Source of the DNA: Takakia lepidozioides
Lineage: Eukaryota; Plantae; Bryophyta
Reading direction: 5' to 3'
Assembly: GCA_030704615.1 (NCBI GenBank)
Contig: CM060734.1
Coordinates: 62,744,001-62,808,000 of the forward strand
Length of the DNA: 64,000 bases
Below the pieces are notes generated by a model. That model was not told where the DNA came from. It saw only the letters and a program-made list of their open reading frames with translations, and ran no database searches. Below, piece by piece: positions 50,701-64,000 of the stretch; position 1 is the stretch's first letter; every line of letters starts with the position of its first letter. Both the position numbers and the translations under genes were made by a program.

Positions 50701-51621
50701 TCAAATGTATTTGGGATGACGGGACTACTTATACGATTCACAATCCACAGTCCAACTGGGGGTGTTGCGATTGTCGTCATGCCCGCAAAGGGAATATGTA
50801 TGCGCATCAGGTGAACGTTTTGCAAATGATGCACCCCGAGTGCTCCAAGCAAAGCTTGAAGTTGAAAATCTGATTTAGGCTCTTCAAAAGAGGAGAGTGC
50901 ATTGTGGAATCCCACTATTTCATGTCTAGAATTGACAAGGGGAAGAACCCCATAGTCTATTGGAAAGGGCACCAATAGAGGCTTGTATTTGAATTGTTTG
51001 AAGAAGGAATCTTTGTGTTTGATTACTAATTTGAATTTCAGCCAATGTTGACAAAAACAGGTCAGTAGGCTGGATCTATGATATAAGGCCACTATAAGGC
51101 CATTATGTGCTAATCCCCTCCCCCCCCCCCCCCCCCCACTATCAAGCCATGGAGGCCTAGGGGAGGGTGGGTTGTATTTTTTTTGTCTTGGGGTTTGGGC
51201 AGGCTAATTTCGCTTGACAGCAGCTGCCCCAAAGTTGCGAGCAGCCCGAGAGGAGCCCAGGTGCTGCGCCTAGAGAGTAGGTACTCGATTACTAAAAGCG
51301 TGGAGGCAGCCGTGGCCATTGATGGGAATGATATCCACTGAGTTCGAGCGGGTTCTCGACATGACCAGACTGAGCACGGTTTTGCAGCAACACCTTCTTA
51401 CTATGGTTCGAGCAGCCAAAGGGAAAATTTGCGATTTGACGTCCACAATGGAGGAGGGTATTCATCATCCCCAGGACGACCCCACTCTCACTGAGGTTGA
51501 CGATGGAAACACCAACACACTTATGAGATGGAAGAATTTTCTGGAGGCACGCGGTAGAAAGCGTCATCTGCCACCTGTGCCTGAACGAACGAATGCGAAG
51601 AGGCAATTGAACACATCCTGA
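47741..51621 (+). pseudogene. MULE DDE transposase with WRKY/GCM1-like and SWIM zinc fingers; interrupted by a solo LTR, frameshifts and stops
   Basis: AYIPWKRVVDFIAGE; KRGCMCRFVVK..HV..CHGP; PFVLGIQTVWQ; DATFGTN (D1); YPLYTMMVFD..GIPVAF; FIVDD (D2); CLWHV (CxxH); TNAAIEAYH (E); SWIM. Confidence 0.9.
47998..48722. mobile_element. Solo LTR (725 bp) inserted in the transposase exon
   Basis: TGTCGCG...CGCGACA termini and 5-bp TSD GGCAC (47993-47997, 48723-48727); removing it restores the frame RQKGT|PAGSLQ. Confidence 0.92.
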
Positions 51622-54600
51622 TGAGGATGGGGTAGGCGGAAATTCAGATGTCTTCTTATGACAATTCCATTTTTTCTTATTTGGCCACAATGACATTGCA
51701 GTATGCTGCGTGTAAGAATGCGTCTGTTTTCATGACGTTTCATGGCATTCTATTTCTTCTGTAAAGACACTTGTTGCGTTGCACATGCAAATGGAATGAG
51801 CTCGCTCAGTGACTGAAAATATTGATGCATGCTACATTGTACATTTTATGAATGCAGCAGAGTACATATCCATATTCCCTTTGCTCCATGCCTGCATTTC
51901 ACCCTTGATTAACGTGAAAGTTGTTATGTTGCATGGAAATGGTATAACAGTATTCATAGCATTTCCATGGTGAAAGAAAACGCCATTTGTGAAGTCGCAT
52001 CCCTTGCATTCAGTTTCATCTTTTGTAAGGAGATTTGGTGCATTGCAATGACATGGAATGAGCTCCCTCAGTGACTGTAAACATTGCTGCATCCAAGTGG
52101 TATGCAAGGGGTTTGGTGATCATTTTCCATACTAGAACCTCACATGTATGTACAGGATACAGCAACCATGACCCAAGCTATGGCACCTGGCAAAAATATG
52201 CGAATGTTTACATAAGCCATACAGTCGTGGATGTCACGAAGCCATGGCCACACTTAACAAGAGTGTATGGAATTGGTGGTGCAGTAATGACAGCAGTTCG
52301 TATGTGAAACTCCATCGACCTTGTCTTCTCGGAAATTTACATGAGACGCATATATGATAGGTCATAGCTGAACTGTGCTCGCATCCTGAACATGAGGATG
52401 TGGGAACTCAAATTCATAGCAACCTTGTGCCTGTGGATGATGTTCACGGGTGTTCAGGTGTGCTCCAACTGTATTGTATGAGGCCACCAAGCAAAACTCC
52501 CTGAACAGAAGGGATGAGCATATGAATCATAGCACAAATGACTCATAGCACTAGCAGGAGACAAATGAATCATAGCACTAGTATTTTATGTCATGTGCAG
52601 CTTGCCCAAAGTCAAGTACTGCCCCTCATACTTGTAGTCATACGAGGTGAAACAGAGAGCGAGGACGTGAAGGGATGGGTGTGGTAGAAAGGTTGTCATG
52701 CAAACTGGAGCGGTTTTTTCATGTGGGTGCATCAGTCTATGCAAAGAAGACATCGAAGATGTAAAGACATCCAATAGTAACAAATGGAACAGTCAAAATA
52801 AGGAAAGCAATTTTACTTCCTCCCGCCCACACAAGAAAGAGCTGCATCGCCTTCATAGGGCAATGTTATGTCTGGAAAATGAAGCCTTACTTCATGACAG
52901 GAAATTCTGAACAAAGAAAACATAAACAAAATGCTGCATAGCAAGATACATTGTTGATGACAACCGTAAGATCCACCACGTTACTCCGCAAACCAGTCAA
53001 TGCATTTGAAGTCCCAGTCATACTCTGGCACATCAACTTCATGCACTTTGGATTTCATTTTCCATGATGAAAGTTGCACATTCCACTGGAACGTACGGAT
53101 GACATGGTGGAAGTGATCCGTCTCCCAGTTCTCCAAGAAGACCCGCAGGAGTATGCTGGAGCTGTTCACCCCCCCCCCCCACCTCTGATGCGAAGTGAAC
53201 GGACATGGTGTCCCCATTTACCGTCATGCAAAGGTCACCTGGACCACTCATAGGGCAGGTATGGGAGATATTCCTTCTCAACAACCGATAAATTGGGTTG
53301 GGGACGGGGTCTACCAATTTCCTGACATCCCAAGAACCCTCCACCCATTGGAAAACTGTCACAAGATGGGAAACTTTCTTGCTCTTTGTCTGGGTCCATG
53401 CCTAGAGTCCAAGGACCCCACTCCTCATTTGGGGCCTCAAGGAACCTAGAACGCAAAACCAGAATGTTAGACATCATGGCATCCCCTGCATTGTTTGGGT
53501 CATAAAATCCGCATCATGCCAACCTGCCAACAAACTCAAAAGCTCTCACAAGAATATCCCCTCGCATGGGTTTGAAATAGTCGATGCAGTGGTCCATCAT
53601 CCAAATGCGTCGTGCGACGAAGGGAGTGAGGTTGCCAAGCATACCTGCATCAGGCTGCTGAATGGAACAGGGGCCACGGCCATTGGATGAGCTCGCACTT
53701 GTGGGCATGGTATTGGTTGAAGATGGTGTGCTGCAGAGATGAAGGAATCAAAACAGGTTGAAACCAAGAGGGCGTCAAGAAATGAAGACATGAAAGCAAG
53801 AGTGCTCAAAACCAGCAAGAAGACTGAACCCTAAACTAGAATGAAATAGGGGTGCTTAAAAGGAAGAGACCTCAGGCTAAGGCTCAAGCTGATCCAAGAA
53901 TGAAAGAGGACTGAAAGAAAGCATGAGAGGAAACAAGAGGGCTTCTTGTATGCCTGAGAGGAAAGCAGGAGGGGTGCAAGAAAGCTAGAATGAAAGAGGC
54001 CTCCAAGAAATCCAGATCGCAATGCAATAGGACTCAAAGAAAGAAACAATGAAAGAGGGCTCCAAGAAAACAAGAGAGCAAAGCAAGAGGACTCAAGTAA
54101 ATAAACAATGAAAAAGGGATGAAAACAACCCTAAACTTAAGTTCAATAGGCGGGAAACTGTTGGCATGTCATGGGAAGTCATGCAAGTCATGCCTCATCC
54201 TTTTTTTATATAAGTATGCACCAACTTATGAACCCAAACTGGCAAGTCATAGAAAGTCATGGCAACTTATGCCTGTATGCGAATGCCTATCATGGCAATT
54301 TATGGCATGTGTGCGAATGCACATTGTATTTGCAAACTATTTTTTCAAGCGCATTTTGAAAGCTCCCTTGACCAGCAAGCTACTCCCAGCCATTTCCATG
54401 CAGTTCTTCAGATCCGTGATGCGTTGTTTGCAAAAGTGACCATGTGCATCATCCCTATTTGCGTCTGCACCATTCATCCCAACATCTTTCATCTAGTCCC
54501 TCGTGCCAACTACACTGTTCATGGCCCCAAGAGTCACGTCCTTCTCAGGTGGCAGTTGTGCCCACATCCCTTATCCCCTCCTCCATGCCACGCCGACGCA

Positions 54601-55299
54601 ATAGGCATAGAGATTGGGGCCCTACCCTGCTACTAACCCCTCGGCACAGGTACGGTGACATGCTTCTTAGAGAATGGTTATGTCTACGTCTGCTACAGGA
54701 GTATATGCTATTAGGACGTCAACGACAATTACCATTTGGTGCACAATTTACAGAGTTCCATGGCGTTTTTCTGAGCCATGCTGGGGTGAGAGTCTGGATT
54801 GTCCTTCTGCATGTAAGATGCCCAATTTGTATGCTGCATTATGGAAATCCGATGTTTTCCATGGCTACGCCACAAGACCTGCATGCTCATTCATGCACCA
54901 TTGAATGATGGAGGGTTCTTTTAGGAAGTTCTTTATGACATTTGAAAACGTTCTGGAATTGTGTGATGTATGATGACATTTTTTTCTCTACAATGACTTC
55001 ACTGTGAACAATCCATGGGGAATGTGTCCTCGTGGAATGGTTTTGAGAGCAAGGCCCTGTGTCCAGGTTTTACATTTGTGCATGCCATAGCGAGGTAGCA
55101 AATCTGCATGGTCGTCGGGCTTGCATGCATGTGCGTTGGAATCCAAGGGTGTGATTCCCTCTATGTTTCCTTGTGGGCCATAGGACCAGAGATCACGTGG
55201 CCATGATCTCAGCATTCAGGTGTTTCTCGTGAGCACAATACGCATGCTCCACTGATGAATAAGGGCAATCACGATGCATGATTCACAATGCAATCTGGA

Positions 55300-58200
55300 C
55301 CCCTGTCAATATTATCTTAACGAAAACCATTCACATATCAAAATGAGAGCGAGGCAGTAAGTCTCCAAGGTGGGTAGGCTTGCATGCGGGTTGCTTGCAT
55401 GTACAGTAAAGTCTGCAATAAAGTTTGCACTTTCGGACTGTAGTAAAAAATCAAGCTTTTCTATATCCACCCTCTTTTCGCAGTACACATTCACTGGCGT
55501 CCATTCATCAGGAGGGAAAAATAGGGTGGGGAAGAACTTCATCTTATTTGACAAGGATTTCACAAGTCGCACGAACCTCCCTCACAGAATCAAATATGCA
55601 ATTCCACCGCCATCATGCAGTTCCAGCAGCATCAGCATCGACGAGGTGATCAACAATGCGATCAAGCTCGACATGTTCATAAACCAACTTCCACGATGAC
55701 GTTCTACATGTCCACCGATGGAACATCCTCATCGTCCCCAAGACAGTATGGTTTGCCATGGCTTCTTGTCTGCAATTCCAGCAATACAACATCCCCAATT
55801 TCCTTCTTTTTGTTGACAGCCTCATGCAACGGAAACCAATGCTTGTTGAGCTGCAAAAACTTTCCATGGTGGATCAGGATCAGAGAAGGGACAACGAACA
55901 CAATGTCAATAATTGAAACACATACTATGAAAGGTAGCAAATTATATGGAGATGAACAATTAGAAACGTACCGGGCCTGCACCTCCAGTCCGTGGATGTA
56001 CAAATGTTTGAGTCAAATAAACATCTATGAAATGTGTCGTGAAACAACCACACTCCCAATTAGACTTCTGTTGGGGGACACGGGGATACAACCAGAGGCG
56101 GGGGGTTGTTGCATTCTTCCATTGCAGGCTAGGTGGTTGTAATCCTCTGCAAAGTGCCCAGAAACGTCCTAACAACGGCTGGAGCATCCTGTGAGAATGT
56201 GAGCTTCTCACACTATTTAAATGAAGATACCGATTGCACTCCAGAATGACGACACTCCAATGCTGACTGCTCATGACAAGTGCAAACGGAGGCGTAAAAA
56301 CATGTTGTGAGAACAGCAGTACATTACAACAATAGTATGTAATATAGGGTAGCATGCAGCAGAGTACGTACGCACAGTGAAGGTAGGGGAAACATTGGTG
56401 CATCCAGAGCGCCCCCACCAAATTCGTCGTAGTGGTCACGAAGGCATATCCACGTGAAACTGTCAAGAATCTGTATTTTGTTTCTGACATGAACGGGAAG
56501 GGACAGTATTTTCCCCCACAAATAGAAATCCATGAGTCTGTCACTTGTCCACCCCCTGGGGTTAAGCAACAGATCTGCGTCATCTAGTCTAAGATTGATG
56601 TGGGGGCCTATAGTTGTGCGGAAAACCACACATCTGAGGAGTTTTTGACTTGTGCACCACATGCTATCCTGAAGACAGCCAACATAACGATACATGTCAA
56701 AGAAGGGAGATTTCAACAATGAGGGTGCATAAGGTAATGATAGTGCAGAATGCAAAACAGTACCATTGTAAAGAAGGGAAAAGAGCACAATTTGTTGACT
56801 CACAAAGCTTCCTTGAGCCTTTCATGGACCCTGCAATCACATACCAGATGTTCATGTCAACAAGATGATGCCGAAGGGGCTGGGGCATTGGGAGAGGAAA
56901 TGCCAAATCGACAGGTGCAGAAAGAGGGCATTCAGTACTGACGGGGACGAGCGACGAAGGCGTGGCTGGGAGACATTGTTCTTTTCAGGTGTGACTGATT
57001 TCCCATTTTTGACGTGATTCTCGTTTGTATCTTCGATGCTACGAGGTGGGGAGGGAAGCAAGAAGTCGCCAACATGCATATCATCGTTGAAGCGTTTGGT
57101 GCGCCGTGAACTGTTGTCCCCAACAGCACTGCTTGATGCTCCCTTACTGCCCAATTCACTTCATTACTCAATTGTGGCCAAGGGAGAGCCTTGGGGGACG
57201 GACCAAAGGAGGGCGTTCCTTGCAGCAAAACCAAATTAAGGGTTGACATAATGCACATGGGGTTTTGAGGACCTCACACCTGTTACTGCATGCATAGCAG
57301 AACGTGTGTCAGAATGAGGGGGTCTCACGCCCAAGGGGGCGGGGCTTTCAACTAATGCCTGGCTTGAATGCAGAACCATTTCCATTTGCGTGAATGCACC
57401 TGGTTCAGTGGCATGAATGCCCAGTAGAGCAAGGTCTGTGGCGCAGGACTCCTGAATATGAAGAGGATTGTCGTCTCCATGGTCGGGCTCCTCCCCATGA
57501 GTCCCAATGTGTTGCACAGCAACATTCCCTTCCACTCCAGGTGTAGGCTCACCATCTTGCAACAGCTCTGTGGGTGACCCGAACATAGGTGAAGTAGGCG
57601 TGACTGGAAGGGACTGTTTATGAGCTCGTTGCAGGACATCCCAATGTACTTGATGAGAAGGCAAAGCAGGAGGGGGTGTTGTCGCATGATCTTCATGAAT
57701 ATCATCACCTGACAGTCGCTGATTATCCAGGTTGCGTCTGCTATCCCCCAACAGTTGCACCTGGAGAAATACTTCCATGTAGGCGTCCTGCAATGCTGCA
57801 TGGTCGATATCACCTACAATGTGAAAGAACCATAGCATCAGTTTAAGGGCACCACAAACAATGCAGACATATGGAAGACAAGTGCATTCAGGGAAAAGCA
57901 TGGAAACATTATCACCTTCTGTGAGCGAAATCCAGCCCATGTCAATGTCTTCACGATGCTTGAGGATATCCTGGAAGACTTGAATTGCTTCGTGTCTCTC
58001 AGAATGGCTGCTTGTATTAGTACACCACAATGTGTCAAAAACCTTTGGCTTCCACATGGCCAGATCCCCCAAAGCACAAAAACGAGTCATTTCAATGAAG
58101 TCAGTCATCTCTTTCTTGATACCATCTCTATAACTCGCATCGGCATGTAATAAATCACTACAACAGATCGCGGTATTTATGACTGTATATATGACTATTC

Positions 58201-60900
58201 TACAGTCATAAACGGTACATATGACTTCTATGACTGTAAGTCGTGCAAATCAAGTCAATACAATGAGTACAGGATGGTACGGTCCAGATGACTACAGTCA
58301 AATAAACCAAGTGATATCTCTCACTGCAGTCATATATACCATACTGCAATCGCCGCTACCGCTTCACATGGCGAGACACAATTGATTATATATATATATA
58401 TATATATATATTTCAAAATAAATTAAAATAAATTAAAAAATGCGTCAGACGCCACGTCACACCGCGTTGTGCCATGTGGCATAATGCATTTTATAATAAT
58501 GAAAAAAACCACGTGGCAACCCATCTAAGGTGCCACGTACTATCCCTAGCTCGCCTACTAACCCTAGGGCCATCTTGTCCATTTGATTGTACTTAGAGGA
58601 GTTTGAACCTCCAACCTCTTTACTATAAGAGTTATAGTTCACTACCTGCTAACCAATGTACCCATTAGTCATTCGTATGATTATATGGTGTTTTAATTGT
58701 ATTATACACACCAAATCACAAAATCCCCAGTAGTCATCATGACTATGTAACCTCATCCATGTACATTGTAGTCATGGAAATGACTATCAGTGGTGAGCTA
58801 AATGTGGTCAATTGTCGTTGACCAGCCTTCCGCCCATTCCGGAGCCATGTAGTCATACAGACGACTACTTAGATAGTCGTTTATATGACTACAGTCCTAT
58901 GAACGACTGCGGGATGTCAATTTTATATAAAAACATGGTGTAGTCATGGTCAAAGTCAAGAAAACCATGACTACCACGGTTTGGCAGTCATAATTACCGC
59001 GATCTGTTGTAGTGAATCCTCCACGCTTCTGCTCGTCTCATGCACGAGATTCTGTGGCAGGTATGCAAAGAGAAAGCGGCCAACAATGTGGAAATTGGTT
59101 GTAGCATGTCTGAGCATGGCAGCCCTCTTCGGTTCCAACAAGTTGAACCAGCACGTCATGCAACAATGGGTTTGCAGGAGATGAGACCGCCTCAGTACTA
59201 CTGGGATATGACATCCAGATAGTCCGCAATACCTTCAAAATTACCGGGCAGTTCACAGGTGGCCCTGCCTTGCGGTACCTTGCAAACACACCCCGTAGGA
59301 GGCTGGATTCGTCCTGCGAGTGTTTCATGAAAGTAGGAAGGGAAGCAGGCACAGTACCAGCATGAACGATGTTGTAAACATGGGACCAACCCCACTTATG
59401 CTCCTCCTGTTCACGATGGAAATTGGCATCCCACACAACCAGCTGGTCTTCGAAGTACTTGTTTCTGATGACCTGCAACTCTGCTTGTCTTGCTATTTCT
59501 TTCGTTTTGCAGGCTGAAACGGCAGTCATGTACTTATGGTACTCTGTAATGGCTGTGCACTCCTTGTAGACAGCTCCATAATCACAAGGAACGCCATGTT
59601 TCTTTGTCCACAACGCCATGGTCTTCAAGACAACATCCTTCTCCTCCTGTGGTGCTTCATGCTAATTCACATGCCAATTTGCACATTCAGGTCAAGAACA
59701 TTCATATAGTAAACCTTTTCAGTGATGCACTTGGGTTGCAAAACCATCGCCATGAGCATGTCTCTTCAAAATGCACCTGCAAAATCAAAATGTGCATGAA
59801 TAGATGTGGTATTTTGATCACCTATCTATTGAGCCACCACCGGCCGTAGGCTGCGCCCAAGAGAAGTGCAACAAAGTCCTCCGCATCAACAAGCTGCCTG
59901 AGGGACTGTTGAAAGTGAGCATCTTCTATGCTTGGAAAGTCTTGAGGAAGCAATCGGTGCTGTAGCAGGGTGAAAAGTCCAGGGCATCTCACATGTGGCG
60001 GTTTTTGGGGCACTTCAATGGATCCACACAAACTTTTGGACTTGTTGATAAAGTAAGAAATTGCCTCCTCCCTGGAGCGAGGAAGTGGAGGATCAGGATG
60101 AACTTTGACAGAGCTCCCTTTGTTGCCTGCCGTAGAGAGCGATGCATGCACCTTCCCTGCCCTCAAACACCCTTTCTTGGAGTTGTCAGGAGGAAGAGTA
60201 CCTAAAGTGAAGGCTTTGTCATGCCCTGGACGATGGGATGAAGAGCCCTTAGTAGGGAGCTGAACCCTCTTGCGTTTCGGCCCATCATCAAATGCCTCCA
60301 TGTCGGAGTCATCCAGTTGAACTGCTGTTGCTTCTGTATGAACGTTGCAGTCCCCCTCAGAATCTGTCAAGACCAGCCGAACTTGACCCCTGTTCTTCCT
60401 TGATGATTTTCTCGGATAATCACCCATTTCTTGGGACACTGGTTCACCAGAGGATGCAGGCTTTTTCTTCTGTGTGGTTTTGCGAGGCGGCATCAAGTTG
60501 TGGCGCCTAAGCACATCCTCCATGATACCCCTCTGGTAGGGTTCAAAAATAGGATACATGTTAAAGGCACCCTCATCTTGCCCATGCTTCCTACAACCAT
60601 CTATCCTGTGCAAGTTCAATTTTTTTTTATCCCCAAAAAGCAGATGACAGTATATGCATCTGTATTGTCATCTGTTAGACGCACCAGGTTCATGCACCCT
60701 CGCCTTGGAGTAGGCCTCGCATATGAGGTCCTCGTATTCATCAGTTTTATATGTCTCGCGGTATTCCCTTTGGTTCTCTATCATTTTGCTTTTCTTCATC
60801 GTGATTGCCGCGTCTGCCAACATTTGCAGCACCGTGCAAACCTACACAGCCAATGCCCACTGGAAATCCTAAGCAAGGTATAAATCATGTAAAGGCCAAT
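55300..60900 (-). pseudogene. Second MULE gene, multi-exon, with Ulp1/C48-like protease domain
   Basis: LLNPRGWTSDRLMDFYL..IQILDSF (56600-56420), then QHWSVVIL..YLHLNS..VPQQKSNWECGCF (56270-56030); upstream exons in ORFs 59822-60619, 59038-59628 and 57236-58108; ends uncertain. Confidence 0.7.
58156..59014. mobile_element. Non-autonomous CACTA element (859 bp)
   Basis: 20-bp TIRs CACTACAACAGATCGCGGTA / TACCGCGATCTGTTGTAGTG, 3-bp TSD AAT, subterminal ATGACT repeats. Confidence 0.95.
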
Positions 60901-62606
60901 TGCATCCATGGCCCATGAACCTAGCCAATATACCTTAGACAATGATATGCATGTCATTAATAGTAAACCCTAAACCCCAAAACACCACGAATGGACTGCA
61001 GCTCATATGACAGCCATATATGGAGATGGAGAGTGAAAATACAACAAAGTGCGGAAAGAAGCAAAGAATGCGATAGCTGGTATGTGCGCGTCCGTAGAGG
61101 GAGACAGTGAATTATCAGTGATGCCGTCACCTTGAATTCTTTCGGAATACAACATCACAAATTGCAAAATAGGTAGGTTTATGCCTTACCAGGCTTCCCA
61201 GGATCAGCAAAGAATCAGCAAAGGAACGAACTCCTCACCTCAGCTCCATATGAAACAATGTGTTCACCTCACCTCCATATGAATGCTTGCATGAAGTGGT
61301 TTGAGGACTAGCAAACAGGCCCACTTGTCCACTTTGCTAACTAGTGTACTGATAAAACGATTGCTGAGTATGGGTATGGTGCATTTAGGGCAAGAGAGTT
61401 GTTGTTCATACGCAGTAGTTTCCCTAAACCCATGCCCCGTCCGTCGTTTTTAGTATCCCTAGTTGTCGACTGAACAAAACCATGTTTCAATTACGATCCA
61501 ACGGGTGAATCTATGCATGCATCTGTGAAAGAACCAACAAAGAAATGAACATGGCAGAGATGTGAGGGTTTCGGATGTTCATTGCAGAAATCACTCACCC
61601 GCAAGGTATAAACTGGACGAAGAGAACAATGAAAATCCAAAGAAGCGCAATGGTACTGTTGATCGTTCTGGAGCGATAACAAGGACCTGCATGCAAGATA
61701 CGTTTGTTGCGCAAGCGTTGCAACCTTCAAACACGGCGAATACATCTTGCATCGTAACGATTGCCCAATGCTGTCCACCCAATTGATGCATGACGGGACG
61801 CGGTACGCCAACAATAGAAACGAAAGCGAAAGCTGGTACGTGTATTCTCCACCTACCCTGGTCATTTTAGATGCATGGGGTCATATGGATGCAATGGCAT
61901 GCATGGGGAGTGTGAAGGCATGCATGGGGGATGGACGACGATGGCATGTCCAGGATGGGAGGCGGGATGGGGATGCGGGTGAGGACACGTCTCATGTCCC
62001 CGCAACGGGCACATGAGGCGCAGGGAGGCGTGCTGCGCGGCAGCTGCCGCGCGGTGTGCGGGCGACGGAGGCGGGGTGGGCATGGGGTGGCGGGGGGGTC
62101 CACGCTGGCTGAACCGGCTCCCTCGCATTCAACTCCAGGGCCCCATCTAATGCTTGGCTATATGTATATGTACCATATATTAAGGTTAGCACTACACTGT
62201 ATACCCGGATTAGTAAGGCGTTTTGACCCCTAGAGCGGTTACAATTATGTATAAGACACGTTCCTGCTCACACAACGCATCTGCATTTCTAGCACCGTCT
62301 CTCCATTAAAGGCGTTCAATGAATCAGCAAGCTACATCAGCATCTAGAGCATGAATACGATGTTTGGATCTTCTAAGCACATGGATGATGTGGGGAGACC
62401 AGTTGTGCTGATAGCAAGAATGGTTTAGAGTTCCAGGCTCCTGGCCACTGAGGTGGTGACAGAGGGTTTCCTTGTGACATAGCTCATGGCCAAGCTGCTC
62501 CACCCTGGAGCCCCTAGGGATGTCATGTGTGAATTGATTATTTTTAAAGAAAATCATTGAGAAATACAAGTGCCCATTCAATATATTATATGTAACCACC
62601 AATTGC

Positions 62607-62781
62607 ATATATATCCGCCAGTTTTAGGACACCTCTAACCGTCCTATTCACAACCGTCTAAATTTGAAGAATTTTGTAGAATAGATAACCGGTGAATATA
62701 CTAAAATAAATCCTTATACATAACCATGGAGTGTGTCCGTCCCAAAAATATTGAAGTAACCTTAACCGGCGGATATATAAA
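62607..62781. repeat. Short inverted repeat pair
   Basis: TATATATCCGCCAGTT ... AACCGGCGGATATATA. Confidence 0.6.
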
Positions 62782-64000
62782 ATTCTTATAACCGGTCAAC
62801 ACTGGTTAGCACACCACCCCATTGATTATTATTATTGCAAATGTTAGAGGTTGCGCGCATAGCTACAATATTAATGTCATATTGCCAAGAGAACATGTTC
62901 CCAGACCAACCCCACGACATTATCTGGTAGCCCACAACCCGGTGATTGCTGCTATCTGTGCTAAGCTTTGCTCATTCCCCACGTTGGCTCTCGGAGGTTG
63001 CTCGCAGCTCCAATCCAGAAGGGATCCAGTGGCCACTTGCCTCAATCCGATGATCTTTCGCAGGAAGCCCTCCCCAACATTCCTTGTCACTGCTAGGGAG
63101 AATATGAGCTTTGACTCTATCTGGATTTCTGTGCATGACATACAATCATTCATATCTAAGAGTCCTATGGACAACAGTCCCATTCCCACTTTATGCTCCA
63201 AAATTCAAGCCTACTTTCACTCTAATTTTTCTCTCTTCTCTCTCCTTTCCCACTCCACCGTAACTTGAGGTACTTACGCAGAGTCATTCCCTGGTTTACG
63301 TCAAGACCTTACCCCCAACACTAATATCCTCAACAACAACAACAACAACTGTAACACTTCTGTTAAAAGAGTTTGGGCCGGGTAAATCTGAATTTGCAGA
63401 GAGTTTGTCGAATTTGTGCATCAGATGCAGCTATAGTGTGCCAGAAGTGATTGGACAATTTGTGGTGGAGTACTTCGGAATGTGTCCATTTTTGGATATG
63501 TTGTTTGGTGTGGCTGAGGACCCATATCACCAAAGTATTTCTCAAATACTATGAAATGTTTCTCAATGCGAAATCACTGCTGCTTACGTTTGTGTCCATA
63601 TCACCAAGTTTGTCTCAAATACCAGTAAGGGTTTCTCAATGCGAAACCCACCACTGCATAGGTTTGTGCCCATATCACCACATCTTCATCAATGCCAAAC
63701 TCGTCGCTGCATGTTCCTGGCTACTCAGTTTTTGCCTCGTGGAATTGGCGCAGATGTACTGTATATATGCACCGGTCCTCTATTATACCCGCTTATGGTT
63801 TTATTCTGTTTTGGAAACATATAACTCCTACGACCGATGTTAGAAAAACATAAAACTCCCATGACCGTGGGTTGTGCTCACGCGATACCAACCCTTGATC
63901 TGTGGTATGTACAAAAACTCGGGTGGTTCCAGATAGGTCGGAAATCCGTAGAGTACCTACATGCAGGATATGATAAGGGTTTTGGAGAGGCCGATACCCT

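Larger units (their letters stand above)
47220..62158 (+). mobile_element. Full-length Mutator-like element (~14.9 kb) with long TIRs and 9-bp TSD
   Basis: TIRs 47220-~47457 and ~61925-62158 (GCCAAGCATTAGATGGG...CCCATCTAATGCTTGGC); perfect TSD TATATGTAT at 47211-47219 and 62159-62167; transposase inside. Confidence 0.95.
47066..62812. mobile_element. Small (~0.8 kb net) MITE-like element split by the MULE insertion
   Basis: ACCAGTGTTGGCC at ~47072 is inverted to GGTCAACACTGGT at ~62794; both flanks are rich in TAACCG/CGGTTA motifs. Confidence 0.4.

Noticed and set aside
62822-63843. LINE 3' ends or short ORFs with (ATT)n and (CAA)n tails
   Set aside because: Only suggestive tails; no convincing protein motif.

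Overview
Eukaryotic, transposon-rich land-plant genomic DNA. A PLS-PPR-DYW gene implies an RNA-editing embryophyte, probably seed-free; the species cannot be determined from the sequence. Only one host gene looks intact: a 20-exon GH116 non-lysosomal glucosylceramidase (GBA2-like, 15321-27214, +, about 1088 aa). Left part: a decayed Ty3/Gypsy LTR retrotransposon whose pol carries a complete C5 cytosine methyltransferase domain between protease and RT. Its LTR and gag N-terminus (7.4-11.15 kb) are inverted relative to the rest, with the break inside gag. Middle: a disrupted gene fusing OSB-type PDF ssDNA-binding motifs to a PLS-PPR array and DYW deaminase (28771-~31900, -), plus PPR, ZFPL1 and LINE fragments. 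Right part: two Mutator-like elements, each with a SWIM transposase convergent on a large Ulp1-like protease gene. One is full length (47220-62158, ~240-bp TIRs, 9-bp TSD) and carries a nested solo LTR and a CACTA element. The other is truncated and saturated with a CAGACT/AGTCTG motif. The best candidates for novel biology are the PDF-PPR-DYW fusion and the DNMT-carrying Gypsy element. Family assignments are motif recognition from memory; no searches were run.
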